Below, one piece after another: positions 50,028 to 63,313 of a stretch of 64,000 nt of DNA. A program made the translations under genes and the position numbers. The stretch comes from Chara braunii. Taxonomy: Eukaryota > Plantae > Charophyceae. Each line of letters begins with the position of its first letter. Position 1 is the first letter of the stretch. The stretch is taken from positions 4,336,814-4,400,813 of the forward strand of contig BFEA01000043.1 in the NCBI GenBank assembly GCA_003427395.1, given 5' to 3'. The notes under the pieces are model-generated. The model was not told the DNA's origin and did no database searches. It saw only the letters and a program-made list of their open reading frames with translations.

Positions 50028-53000
50028 TTTTTTTTTTTTTTTTTTTTTTTTTAACATCCCCTGACATCAGGTAGGAGTGATGATAAGAGCATACACTCCT
50101 ACCTGACTCACCGGGGGCTCCAGTCTATTGGTGGGGAGCTGCACCTGCTGGAAAACGGGTCCAGCGTCCCTTGAAATACAATGAAAGGATAATAGTTCAA
50201 CTCATGCTGGGAACCGAGCCCAGCGTCCCACCTTTACAGCTATTGATGCTCTGATGCTATAGGTTGGTGATGATGGTGGTGATAATGATGCTAAAAATGA
50301 CAATGAAAACGGGTCCAGCGTCCCTTTTGCAGCATGAAGAAATACTAAGAAAGATCAGGCATTGAGCCTCTTCACCTAGAGTTGGGCGCCAGAATGAGTA
50401 TTAGGCCCTAGCTCGCTGTGATGCCTGATTCATACTTCTAGAAAAATGTCGAGTGCAGCTAAGACTACTATAAAAACTAGATCTCCCTCCGATTTCCGAA
50501 TCCAGCAAGGTATCCAAACCATGCCATGACAAAGGGACAATAGCATCGGGCGATGGGGGGAATGGGTTGGGGAAGTCGTGCATTGGGCGGAGAGGGATGA
50601 AGGGGTTCACGTCAGTCCATTCGTTAAATATCAGTTTGTAATTTCTGCTCAACTCTTGCCCCTCTTCTCTATTTTCACCTTTCCATTCTATCCTCCCCAT
50701 TTCCCCCCCTTTGTCCCCCCCTAGCCAGTCATTGCGGAACAATTTGAAGGCTTTGAGAATATCCTTCTTTGAAGAGTTGTACTGTAGTTTGTCTTTTAAA
50801 CTTTCCCATTTTGCCAATATATCTGTTTGAATTTGTTGTTTAATCTTATCAGTGAATTCTGGGCCACCGAGTCTCGCCCCTTCCCATTCATTTTTACACC
50901 TCTGCCAGATAGCCCAGAGGATAGCTCTCCTTCCTAGAGTAAACAAAATTTGGGTAAATTTGTCATTCTGATCAGGGGTCCAGACTTCCAACAAAATTAA
51001 TTTTCATCCCCATGGCCATTTTTGAGATGTTTCCAGCTGATCCCAGATGCGGTCCCACCATCTCCAGCGCCAAACAGCCCCTGGGCATGATAGAAAGATA
51101 TGTTTTATAGTCTCCAGAATTTTCCTACTTGGGAAGGCTGATTCACATAGTTTACACCAGGGTTCAGCCAAACCCTTCACCTCTAGAGAGGATCTGTTAA
51201 TCAACCAGTCGTTTGTAGGAAAACAACGGTGTTCGATTTGCCACTGTACAGAAGCTATCTTAGATGGTCTTGATCTTACCGCTTTGAACCAGAGCACTTG
51301 CCTCAAATCGTCTTCGCTTATGTTCAGCTGATTCATCCACCTCATCGAGACTTTGTCTATTAAGTTAATGTTGGGTTTGAGCATTCGATAGGTAGACTTG
51401 ACTGATAGGGAGTATAGTGAGTGAGTGTAATCTGTCTCTTTCTTGTTTTTCACGCCCCATGTCCAGAACGTTGGGTCTATTGGAAGATCTGAGATTTTAT
51501 ATGAGGGTCTAAAGGCCAACCATGATGAAGAGTCCTTCAGAAGCACCCTGATCCTGAAGATTTTTTTTTTGGTATCCATTGTGTCTTACTTTGAGAGTGT
51601 TGACTCACCAAATTATCCTCATTTAATTGGAAAACTGAGATTAGCACTAAGCAGTCCACGGGAGGAACTAGGATGTTCCCCACTGTGTGGGGCTCGTTTC
51701 TAAGACCCACCCAGTCACTTTTACATTTTTTTAGGAGTCGAATCCAGTCTAAGGGGATTAAGTTTATGATCATTTCAAGGTTTTTATTCACATGATGGTA
51801 GTGTCTTAGTCTGATGTGCAGTAAATCTGAGGTAATCCAGTCGTTGGTTTTTTCGTCCCAAATATCCTTGATTCTTGTGATGCCTTTCCTTATCCAATCC
51901 TTCCAGGGGTTTTCGTTACAGCGTAGGGTATAGCCTTGGGGGTCTCTAATCCATTCATTGTTGAATATTGGTTGGCGGATAATCTTTTCCCACCTCTTGG
52001 GAGGATGTTTCTCAGACAAGGAAAATTTCCTCCATGTCTTCAGGATTTTAATCCAAAAAGCATCCTTACCAATGTCCTGTCTTGCCGCATTCCTATCCGT
52101 GAGGTCTTGAGTGTTGAGGATCTGTTGCGCATTCCTTGGAATTGACCATGCTATGTTATCCAGCCACATAGCCAGGTCTACTGCAATGTCAGTAAGGGAA
52201 GTCATTCTTCTCAGTTGCGACCATGCGAGGGTGCTCCAAGGTGTTTGTGGGTTGAACAGAAACCTCTTAATCCACTGTACTGAGAGGGTCATAGTTTGAG
52301 TGGATGGGTCGATGATGCCCAACCTTCCTTTGGATTTGGGTTGTATAATGGATGACCAGGCTACTCTGCTGATAACATTTTTGTAATCGTGATTGCCTCT
52401 CCATAGGAAAGCTCTGAGTTGTTGTTTGAAAATTTTGATGGATGAGTCATCCAGAGCCCATAAGGATGATTTGTACCAGGTTGAGGTCAATATTACATTG
52501 TTGATTACTAAGGAACGACCCATGATTGAAGTATGTTTGTCTTTCCATAATTCTAATTTGGACAGGGCGCTTTGCATTATCCTTTCATTATTTGTCTTTG
52601 GTTTTCCTTCTGGAGATTGGGAGATGCCTAGGATTCTAATTGCAGTATCCTTGGGGACCCACTTGATACGGGGGGACTCTGGTGGCCTTACCCCCTGGTG
52701 GTGGATCCACCATCCTAGGGTTTTGTCTCCCCAATTGACCTTCATGTCTGATAATCTGCAAAATTTGTTTAGTAATCTTTCTATTGCTTCCATATTTTCG
52801 GAGGTTGCATCTACCATCAGAGAGAGATCATCTGCAAACAACGAACAGATAGGAATTGTCTCCTCAGGAATCGAGGAGATCTGTATTCTTTTGATGTCCT
52901 TGTGATGGCTGAGGTTGGTGGTCAAAGGTTCCATGATTATGATGAACAGAAAATGCGCTAAAGGGTCACCTTGCCTGACCGATCTCTGTAGGTTAACTGG

Positions 53001-56000
53001 GGGGGTCACGTTACCATTTATAGAGACTCTAGTAGATGCTTTATGGTGCATAATTTAGATCCATCTCCTGAAGTGTGGGCCAAAATTCATTTTTTGTAAG
53101 CATTTGTCTAAAAAAAACATTCCACATGGTCATAAGTTTTTCCAAAATCAATAAATATGAGTGTTGCATTATGTTTGGACTGGCGGGAGATTCTTAAGAG
53201 TTCATTTATTAGTAAGATATTATCTTGAATATTTTGTCACGTGATAAAACCAGTTTGCGCCAGATGAATGATGTCCGCTATGATGTTCGTCAATCTGTCA
53301 GCTAGAGTCTTGGCTACTAGCTTGTATACTACTGTCAGTAGGGTGATGGGTCTGTAGTTCCTAATATTGGCTTTGTCCTCTTTCTTATAAAGGAGAGTCA
53401 GTACCCCTTGGTTTACTATTTCCCCCATGTCCCGAGAGGTCCAGACTGCCTGATAATAGTTCATAAGATCCTGAGATAGGGAGTCCCACATGGTTTCCCA
53501 AAATTACTTGGGGAGGCCGTCTATGCCTATCGTCTTTTCTTCTTCCATTAAAATTAAAGCTTTTCATATTTCCTCCTTTGATAGGGGCATCTCTAGGTTT
53601 TTCCTTTGGGAGTCTGTGATTGTCTTACTCAGTGAGAGAAAGAATTTGTCTATCTATGTGGATCTCTGAGGTTTGGGAATTGAAGAAGTCTTTGTAAAAG
53701 TCTTTAGCTATTTTAGTGCAGGTCGTTGTGGACGCAGCCAGGGGAGCATTCATGTCAAATGGGTCGGTCAATGCTTCAATTGTGGTCCTTCCTACTCTTG
53801 CTCTAGCCATAGAGAAGAACCGAGTGTCCATGATTCCTTCCGTCTGATGGACGTTGAGTTTTACTCTGATCCTAGTGCCTTGCCATCTATATTCTTTGAA
53901 TTTGAAGAGTCAGTCTTCCATTTCTCTGATCTTTTCTGCCAGAGGTTCTGGGTCCTCTGGGGAGGATGAGCTAATTTTCTGTTCTTGAAGATCTTGAATA
54001 TTTTTATGAAGCTCGGATTTTTGTTGGTACCTTAGATTGACAAGGGTTTTAGAGTATTCATTACATTTACGGTCGAGGAATACTAGACCGTTATTTAACT
54101 AATTTATGTCATTGTTAACGATGGTTTTTTGTTCTCTTCAGAATTCTCAAACATCCTCCATATATTTTTGGAAACTAGAGTCTTTAAAATGAGATGTATT
54201 GAGCTTGTAGTATCCCCTTTCTTGGTTTGGCTTCTTGCAAAAGGTAAAAATTGTCATCCCATCGAATGATCCAAACCAGGGAAAGGGCTGCGTGGCAGAA
54301 TATTAACGAACTGGAGGACGCCTTGTAACTCTTCGGACACTAGGATGAGGTCAATTCTGGATTTAGTGCTCTTATTTGCCTTATTGATCCTGAAACACGA
54401 AAAAGTCTTGGTTGTTGGGTTGAGCCTTCTAAATGAGTCACAAAGGTTAGATATGTGACATACGTTAGCCATTATTAGTTCATCCATCTCTATGTAGGCA
54501 AGACAAGGGGAGGGAATGGTTCATCTGTCCAGATTCCGATCCGATGCTGCATTGAAATTTCCTACCAAAATGATTGGGTTCCCGGTTGGAAGACGTTGTT
54601 GGATGTCTTCAAAGAACACTTTGCGTTCGACAGGATCATTAGGGTCGTGTACATTCAAAATACTAACCACATCAAGTTCCAACTTGGCGAGGATGTAGAC
54701 CTATCTCCCTTCTTGCTTGTCTGCTTCACAATCCAACACCTCGATCTTGGACTCTAGCAGTAACCATATGACCACTCATGCGCTCCCTGGTTTGGGGGCG
54801 TGCGCTCTAAACGCAGTGCAGGGCCACCAAACTTCTTTGTGATTATGGTTGTGTAATGGTGTGTCCATTAGGTATGTTTCCTGAATGCAAATTACATCTA
54901 GCTATTTTCTGCCCCCTACTCCTTTGAGGAGTTCAAGTATGGTTTGTCTTTTACTTATCTTGGCGGAGGCGAGGCCATTAACATTGAGGGTTCTTAAGTC
55001 CAGGTCGACATTCCTCTTGAGGATTTTCCATTTTTTATCCTTGTTATATAGCAGGTCTAAAGGGTTCACCTTTTCCATTTTTTCTGCCATCCTTCTACCA
55101 ATTTACCTGAAGCAGATGTAAACTAGGATTTAGTTTACAGATCTTTCCAAGTAGCTATGTCCAAAATTCCTCCTTTCTGAAGGGAGGACTTCTTTAACAG
55201 TCTGCGCAGAAGGGTAACTACATCTTCCTCTGACCAGAAATGGTTGACTTTAATCTTGAGGATTCGCAAATCTTTAATGGATTCTTCCCCCATCCATCTC
55301 AGGTTAACTGTGTCTGAGGCCTTGTATTGGAGGTACACATCTCTATCTGCTAACCTTTCTGGTTCTGAGACCAGTATCAGTGCGGCCCAGCCACCCGGGG
55401 GAAACTGTCCTCTTATACTCGTGGAGGTGTCGAGGTTGATGGTGGGTTTACCCAGTCCATCCTTTGCGGGCTCTGGGAGGGGGATGAAGGAAGATTCTGC
55501 TCCAAGCATAGTAATGTTTCCATGTTGGGAGTCCCTGGGCTCTCAGAGACATGCCTCCCACCGACCTTCCTTGATTCTTACTGGGAGGAAAATTATCCCT
55601 GGTTTGGACAGGGTGAGCGACATTAAATCCATCGACAGTCTCATCCTCAACTTATGCCTCTTACTCTTGAAATCCCACAGAGAGAGGACTGGGTTGGAGA
55701 AAGGTATGACACCTATTGAAAAAGGTTGAGCCTTCCTTGAAGAAGATTGAGTATCAATTGTGAGGTCTATCTCGTACAGCTACATCTCTTGTTTTGAGTC
55801 CCCTTGTTTCTTCATTGACCTGTGGTCCTTTTTCTTGCCGTGCGGACCTCTGAGTTGGGTCACTCATATCCCACTCAATCATGATATATATATTTTTTTA
55901 TGTTTTTTCCTTCTTCGAATTGTCATTTATTTGAAGGAATTTTCCCCCCTTATGATATGGGAGATGATTTTCATCATGGGAGTCCTCTGTGACTGACAGA

Positions 56001-57454
56001 TGGTGTGGGGGTCTGACCAGGTTGAGGTCTGGTTCTGAGCAAGTGGAGTGGCAGATATCTGGATCTGTGCCAGTATAGTGGGTGTTGCCTGATCCGGGTT
56101 ACTAGGTAAACTGAGAGCTGCCTCTTTGGTTGATGGTGCACTAAAGCAAGACTGACACGAGTGTTGTTCATAAGGGATGATAGCCAAAGTTTGATTTGAG
56201 CCTGTGACCTCTTCTTGTTCTATGGTTATTATCGTTCTCGAGAGGTTAAAGTTGGTCATTAGGGCGAAACTGCAATGTGTCAAAAAGTGAGTAAACAGGC
56301 ACTATTGGTCCTGAAGGTGGGGGACCCACGGTAGTGGCAGTTTGAAATGAGACTGGTGGCTTTTCCTTTTTTGGGGTCAACAGAGGGAGCTCTTTTTCAT
56401 TGATTTCTTTTGTTTTTTTCTCTATTTGTGCGGGATGTTTAGATAAACCTTTCCTAAATGCCTTGGTGCTCCTCCTGGGATTGGGTGTGAGGGGGAGTCT
56501 GCGCAACAGGTTTGAGTAATTACCGGTTTTTCCAGCAGTAACCCGCCGGTGAATATACTTTTCCGTTCCTTTCCTGGTCCTGTCAAACTGCTGTTTTTCT
56601 GACAACATTCTTTTCCGCCTCACCAACTCCTTGATCCTTTTTCCCCCTTTGACTCTTTGCGTCTGCATAGGATGGTCTATTGTGTTATTCTGGGGGACAA
56701 GAGGGTTCATTGGGACCTTACCAGTGCTCTGATTGAACTGAGACAACATCTTCTGAGTGACAACGTGCAGTAATTTATTGCACATATCGATCCATTCCAA
56801 CTCAGATGGGCAGCCGTATTCGAGGGCAAGCTTGAGAACATCACTACCATTCAACAGTTGCGCAAGCTGCTCCAAGATGCGTAGCCAGTTCAAATCCGGT
56901 ATTGCTGCATATTTAAATTTGAGATTGGTTGTGACCCACATTATCATTTTTTGTAAATTGATCTGCATGTCAGCCAGGGAATCAGTGCTATCCATTTTCA
57001 CTCTTATTACTTCGAACGGGGAGGCGGTTACTGGCGCTGCTTCTATCTCCATCTCTTTAGATACAAACACTTCTTTGAGAGTATTTAAGTCCATAGCCTC
57101 TGCCTCCGGCAGGGGAGGACTGGCGAGTGGTCTTGGGGATTGGGGACATCCTGAAGGTCATGCACAGGGTGCGAAACCTGAGAGACCTGTTGAGATTGAT
57201 GGGCCAGTGAGCCGTGCTGATCCCGGATTGTTTTTTTTCTGCGATCTTTTTTTTTTTTTTTTTAACTTCTTTCCATTCCAGATTCGACTATTGATTCTTT
57301 TTCGGTAAGTACGCCTTAGTAGAAGCCCAATCTCTTTGTGACGATGTTTTTGAGGATTGGGGCTTTCTCCGTCCTGATCAGTGGCTTCAAGTTGTTTATT
57401 TTTCCTTGTATCTTAGCCCATACAACAATTATAACTCATTTTTGTGACTCCCGC
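50028..57454 (-). mobile_element. Near full-length decayed L1/Tx1-type LINE
   Basis: ORF1 remnants from ATG 57439 (in frame with the 57094 ORF), ORF2 APE-RT-CCHC, structured 3' UTR and poly(A) (T-run 50028-50052). 5' UTR may extend further. Confidence 0.9.
50401..55090 (-). pseudogene. LINE ORF2: AP endonuclease, reverse transcriptase, zf-RVT
   Basis: TLNVNGL, CIQET, GNFN, SRIDLILVS, LDH (APE); NYRPITLL, QTGFI, RQGDPL, LFADDL (RT); CKLC..ETIKHIFLSC; LWAIW. Many stops and frameshifts. Confidence 0.95.
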
Positions 57455-57649
57455 AAAGAAGAACAAGAGAACAACAGTGGTTGGCACAAAGAGCAGATCA
57501 CAAACTTCTGGGTGGGGGCCGGGTTAGTAGCAAATCGGAGCTCGAGAAGTGGGGAGAGTGAGCAGCCGACAGGGAACAATGGTGCTCCAGGAAACGAACT
57601 GACATGGCCATGGCCCCAATAAACGTTGTACTCAGAAGATATATCCAAT

Positions 57650-57792
57650 GGGATGATGGGCCCAATTTTCCAGCAGGTGTCACTCCCCACCAATGGATGG
57701 AGCGGTCCGATAGGCGAAGCCTCAATCCCAATGGTTCTCTTACTACCACTGGGATAGAGGCCTTGCAAAAAGGCCTTTCTTTGAAAAAAAAG
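57650..57792 (+). mobile_element. Diverged LINE 3' tail copy
   Basis: GGGATGATGGGCCC...CCAGCAGGTG..CTCCCCACCAATGGATGGAGC, hairpin with TCTCTTAC loop, A-run. Confidence 0.7.
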
Positions 57793-58013
57793 AACAAATC
57801 GTTGCCCTCCCAGCAAGGCCGCGCAGACCTCGGAACATCGGCATAGATTCTTGTGAGGATGAAAAATAAACAAAGAGTAATTCATCTGCACTGCCCTCGA
57901 TCATGACTGTGATTGCGGTCACAGACATCCAGGAAAATTTGAGTGTCCGTGAAGTAAATCTCCCCAATCCACCTGATCAGTCAATGTCATGGTCTCCAGG
58001 ACAATTAATTATG

Positions 58014-58196
58014 GCATGAGAATTGTATTGGACTGTTTTTCAACACCCAAATGTACAATGGGACGTTGGACCCATTTTCCGACAGGTGTTGCTCCCCACC
58101 AATAGACTGGAGCAACCAGAGAACCCACTATGAGAGGGTTCTCTTATCACCTCTCCTAGAGGGGGGACAGGTTAAAAAAAATAAAAATAAAAAAAA
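58014..58196 (+). mobile_element. LINE 3' tail copy
   Basis: Tail module from 58060, CTCTTATCA loop, poly(A); candidate TSD AATTATG. Confidence 0.75.
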
Positions 58197-58613
58197 AATT
58201 ATGATTTATCCCTCACAATTGCGGGAAAGTCACCCTAGTCGCCTATAACACAGTGATGCAGAGGCAGAGATGGGGAAGTCGCACTCGTCACGTGTCAGGT
58301 GACACGGTGACACTAGAGGCAGAGATGCTAAGGAAGGTCAGGGTCGGACCACTAACAAAAAACTTAGCAAAAACGTCGGACTCGAAAAAAGATTCGACGA
58401 ACTCTGAAAGCTACTTTGAATGGGATTTTATAGTGCTCTTGAGTTTGTTTTTTTTGTTTTTTTTTACCTGTTTTTTTTTTTTTTTTATGTTTGCATTATG
58501 ACCCTGCGTAGTTTGTTCGCAAACACTTCAACAACATTGCTTGTAGCGATGCGGCGAGAGAAATGTCAGGAGCAGAAAGACTATCCATACAAATGGTATA
58601 TCTCGACCTTTAA

Positions 58614-58799
58614 ACCACCAGTACACCCGGGCCTGGAGGCACTCTACTGCGCACCAAGCTTTGCCAAACCGCCAGCAGTACACTCTTTTCCTTTTTGGCT
58701 GGCGCCGCCAGCCATTGTGGTCCAGTAGGCCTGAGGAGAAAATTTTTTGGAGTAGGGGATGAAACTTTTTCAGCAAGGCTGGCGCCGTGTACTGGCGGT
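58614..58799. mobile_element. TTAA-targeting MITE followed by the start of another copy at 58804
   Basis: TTAA|ACCACCAGTACAC...GTGTACTGGCGGT|TTAA|ACCACCTGTAC; last ~35 bp nearly identical to 27380-27414. Confidence 0.75.
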
Positions 58800-59029
58800 T
58801 TAAACCACCTGTACTTCTGACCCTTCCCTTGTTGCCCGACACGCCAAAAAAAAAAGGTCTTCTTTTGGCTGGCACAGCCAGCCATTTTGCCCCTGTATGC
58901 CAACCCGCAAAACTTGCAGTCCCATGCACGCCGTGTTGGAGAAAAATATTGGGCCGAGTTTTTGTGGACAAATCCCAGGAGGGTCAAAAGGTCGACAATC
59001 ATAGCTTCTATCATGCAAAACTTTGTTGG

Positions 59030-59097
59030 TCCCACAATCGTAGCTTCTTCCATGGCATACAGAGGACAAATCCCATGAAGAAGCTACGATTGTGGGA
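59030..59097. repeat. Inverted repeat with ~25-bp arms
   Basis: TCCCACAATCGTAGCTTCTTC(C)ATGG ... CCATGAAGAAGCTACGATTGTGGGA. Confidence 0.9.
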
Positions 59098-62000
59098 ATA
59101 CACCACAAAGTAGGGGTACAAATGACACAAAGAGCTAAGAGTGGTACATGACACACCCTGACCAGAGATGAGCAACGGGCACCCAGACCCACACCCACTC
59201 GCACCCACCTGCACCCGCAACGCACCCACATGCGTGTGGGTGAAAATAAGTTGGCCTGGGTGGGGTGAGTGTGGGTCGCAGTTAGCTGGTCTGAGTGGGT
59301 GACAGGCGGGTGAATGTTAGGCTTGGGTCACCCACAAGTCCCTTTATATTCCTTATGGTTTCAGGTTGGTGCGACAGTTCCAGACTAGTCTTGGATGTTT
59401 GGGTGGAGGGACTCTAAAGGTTTCAAAATTTTATGACACTTCAGGTCATCGTCATGGTTCCAACGTGTGTTGCAAACTTGAATGGAATAACTTGAAAATA
59501 GTTTCAGAAGCTTCAGACACTTCAATTCATCGCAGTGGTTTCAAACAGGTTTTGGGTATTTGGATAAGGGGATCTGAAAGTGGTTTCAACAGTTTCAGCC
59601 TTTTTAGGTCATTTCAGTCATTTCTGGTCTCCCCACATGAACCTCGTGAAATTGCCACAAATGGTTGAACCTTAGTAAAAAGAACTTACCAAAAAAAATA
59701 AAAACCCAAGTTTTAGAGAACCCTTACCGTGACCTCTAAAAATCTCACATTTACATATGAAAATCACGTAAAAAAGATTAGTTTTTATATATGAAATGTA
59801 CTCCGTTTACTCATATATGAAATTTGAGGATCTGTTGATCATTAGTGGTAAGATGAGCAATGAAATGAGCATTGAACCACGAGCAAGATGAATACGACCA
59901 CCGACAAGATAAACTCAACCTTCGAACTGTACGATTTTTACCTTGAGGAACACACGATCAATCGAGGCATCGAGCTCGACCCAACACCATCATGGAATCA
60001 ATGAGCACGATCACAGAAACCAAGAAGTGCAATTCGATCAACAAAAATGAATGCATTCTTAAAATAAAGGAAGACAACTTCGAGAATGGTTAGGATATGG
60101 GGATAGAGAACGTGAAGACGGCCGCAAAGGACATAAAACACAATTGACAATAACAGGACGAACACCGCAAAGATGGACTGAACTCCGGTCCGGAGATCCA
60201 ATCATGAGTATTGTGGCGATGAATGAAGTCATATCGAGGAAATTAACACAATTTCACCCTTAAATGAGTGCGTCCTTACGAATCTCGTTCATGATAAAGA
60301 AGATTACGACCATGAACACAACAAGAAATACCATCGACAACAAGAATGAACACCTCCTCTGCTCAATTATGATATTGATCTTGAAGACAGATCGGACTAC
60401 AAGAATTTGGTGGAAACAACCACGAACCGCTTCGCTTTTTTGCCTTCACCTTCACCCGTACTCGGTTTGAAGACAAACCGGTCAAACTCTATTATGATAT
60501 CAATCTTGAAGACAGACCGGTCAAACTCTATCCACCTCAACCTTCTCCTTTCCCTTCTTTATCTGCTCGCCGCTTCGACCTTCTGCCTTTGCTTTCGCCT
60601 TCGCCCGTACTCGACTTTCAAAGAACTTGGCATATACCTCAGTTAGGTGAATGCACTATCAAGAACGACATAAGAAGTCAAATACCTTTGGAAGAACGGA
60701 TACCACAAGCTGAGGATCACATACACCGAGTCGAATTCCAAGTAGACATGTACTGTGGGAGCCAATATTGCAATGGCGAGCACCGAGATGACAAACAACT
60801 GAAAATACGAGTGTTAAAATTACGAAAAACTGTGAAGGCGAGTACTAGGATGACGAAGGACTTTGAGAACGAACACCAAGTATAACATACATGAACACCG
60901 AAATGGAAAACGATGGCCTCGCCTCTTTCTCTACCCCTTGCTCCTTACCTTCCTCGATCCTTTTTTCATCCTCGTTGTTGTCTCTATTTGGTTTTCTTTT
61001 CGTCGTCAACCTCATTTGCGCCAGCCTTCTTCACTCCTGCCGGACTATCCTACGCTAATGGTACCACATAGTCCGACAACTCGATAGTGCCCATAAAACA
61101 ATTTAGTTGTCTAACCAAATGGACCTATAGAGCCCTCGGTCTAACCTTGATTGAAACCGAAAGAACCGGTATCGACCTAATTTGGCAAAAGAGGATCGGT
61201 TCCAAGGACAAAATAGAGCTCAAAATGCCCCTAAAGAATTAACATCTACCTACTTTCTTCGAACTTATCTATCACTTCTGTTTATGGTTGTTGGACTCCG
61301 ACCTGGGTCTGTTGTATCATACCTACTTGCCTTAGACATTGGGCTTAACCCTCATCTACCAAGTCCTTTCATGAAATCCTTGTTATAACCGATTTGTCAA
61401 AGATCCGACCTCACCGAAATGAAGTGAAAGCCACGACTTGCCTATAATGGGAATCGCTAGCAGAATCCAAGGTCATCAAACCTTTGTCCTATACAAAAGA
61501 CTACCCAAAAAGTTGCACCTTCAGTGTGCAGCCAAAAATCGACTTTCCTACTACGGACGGGCAAAACCTTTGGCATTCATCTACTTCGGACTCCGTTAAT
61601 TAGGTCCGATCAAACCATAAAACAGAAAGGAAAACAAACCAAAAATAAAAATAAACAGCATAAAATAAAAAATAAAAATTTATAGGGTTAAGACTACTAC
61701 GAACTCAAGCACTCACTATACCTTGATTAAGCAAGGCACATACCAGTCTCAAGCCCGCTTAGCACGACTCACCAAGGTGTTGTGAACCAAGTTGCGTGAT
61801 AATGGCCAAATCAGCAAAATATATTTTATGCGCGACATCAAAGACGCGTCGACTTAACGACAAATATCCCGAATCATACCTTGTTGCAGCCCGTCGTGGC
61901 GATGATTGACCCAAATTTTAATGCACGTGTGTTGCATGCATACGATAATCCTAACTAGTTGGAGTCTTTACTCACTTGTGTCGTCGACCAAAGTTACAGA

Positions 62001-62449
62001 TTAGCTTGTCGGCCACTATTATCGAAGGCAATCTGACCACTTATCATATGAGGCAATAACAGGTATTTGCACTAACTTTAACCCCACTTACTCCTCTTAC
62101 CTCAACTACCATCGTCAAGATGTAAATCTGGCGGAAAAGCTCACGCAGCAATACTCTTTACATCGTCACGAACACATCTGGTGTGATGTGCACAAATACT
62201 AGCAAATACCCTTGTAAACGTGTTTGCTACAAAACCATACGAAGTGTTTTTCCCAGCTAAGCCCTTCTGGCATGGTACCTTTGAGGGTTTGGTATACAGA
62301 AATGAAAAGGTAAGCGATACCAAGTTACCAACCAAAACAAATTAAAATCTTCTCCCATACTAATTTAACAAAAATCAACACACAACAAAAAACGACATTA
62401 TAAAAAAAAGTTCTAACATAATAATGATTTTGATTTTAAAAACTCATTC

Positions 62450-63313
62450 TAAGGCTTATGAGCAGTAGTGTTATGTAGCGTTTTGTCTACGAAGTTTGCC
62501 TTTTGGGGTTGAGGTTATTCTGAGGCCACTCATTGTTCTTCGGATCTGTCCTTCGAAAAAATAGAAAGCAGCAAGTCCGGGTTAAGGCTTAGGCCCGCAA
62601 TGCTATTTCATCAAATTACTGCGTCCAATAGACCTTCCGCGATCAGTACCTCAAAAATGTTTTCTCACCCTTGATCTTGGAGATGGGTGAGCAACACGAA
62701 GAATTGATAGGTTGGGTCGGGCGGGCAGGGGACGAGGTTGCTGTGGCGAGACAGGGGACCCCTAAAGACTACAAACTTGTATTAAATGACTGAACCAACA
62801 TTGATCCTGCCTTCCCGATGAGACTCCCGTCTAATTTTCTTGTCCAAGCAGAAGTCATTACTTGATCATTCATTCAGATATTGAAACAAGATAAGTCCCC
62901 CTTGGTGACCCCCTGGAGGTGCCCATCAAATGCTTTTATACTCCTTCAGATCCTTGAGATTTTTCAGATTCCCAAGTGCTACCTCCAAGGGGAGGAAGGG
63001 ATTTAAGTGGTCAGGTGTTAGCAGGCGCTCTGCAATAGGGTTGAAGAGGCCTCCCTTCTCCCAAACTCATGTATGCCCATCCTGCTATCTCACTTTTTGC
63101 TCAGTTAGTCCCCTGGTGACCAGGGCAACCAATGTTGGCAGACTGACAACAAAAAGTTCAGTCTTTCAATGTATAATGGGACGTTGGACCCATTTTTCAG
63201 CAGGTGCAGCTCCCCACCAATAGATTGGAGCAATTGAGAAGCCGGCTAGGGAGGCGGTTGCTCTTATCATCTCTCTTAGCAATGAAACTGGTTTTTCAAA
63301 AAAAAAATAAAAA
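62450..63313 (+). mobile_element. 5'-truncated relative of the same LINE family
   Basis: DYKLVLND*TNIDPAFPMRLPSNF resembles NYKLIFNEWTDVNPFIPLRPMHDF at the ORF2 C-terminus; tail module from 63178; poly(A). Start approximate. Confidence 0.7.

Noticed and set aside
50019-58223. CAATTGCG as the TSD of the large LINE
   Set aside because: Only 8 bp, 2 nt off the poly(A) and ~760 bp beyond ORF1 with nested inserts; cannot be told from chance.
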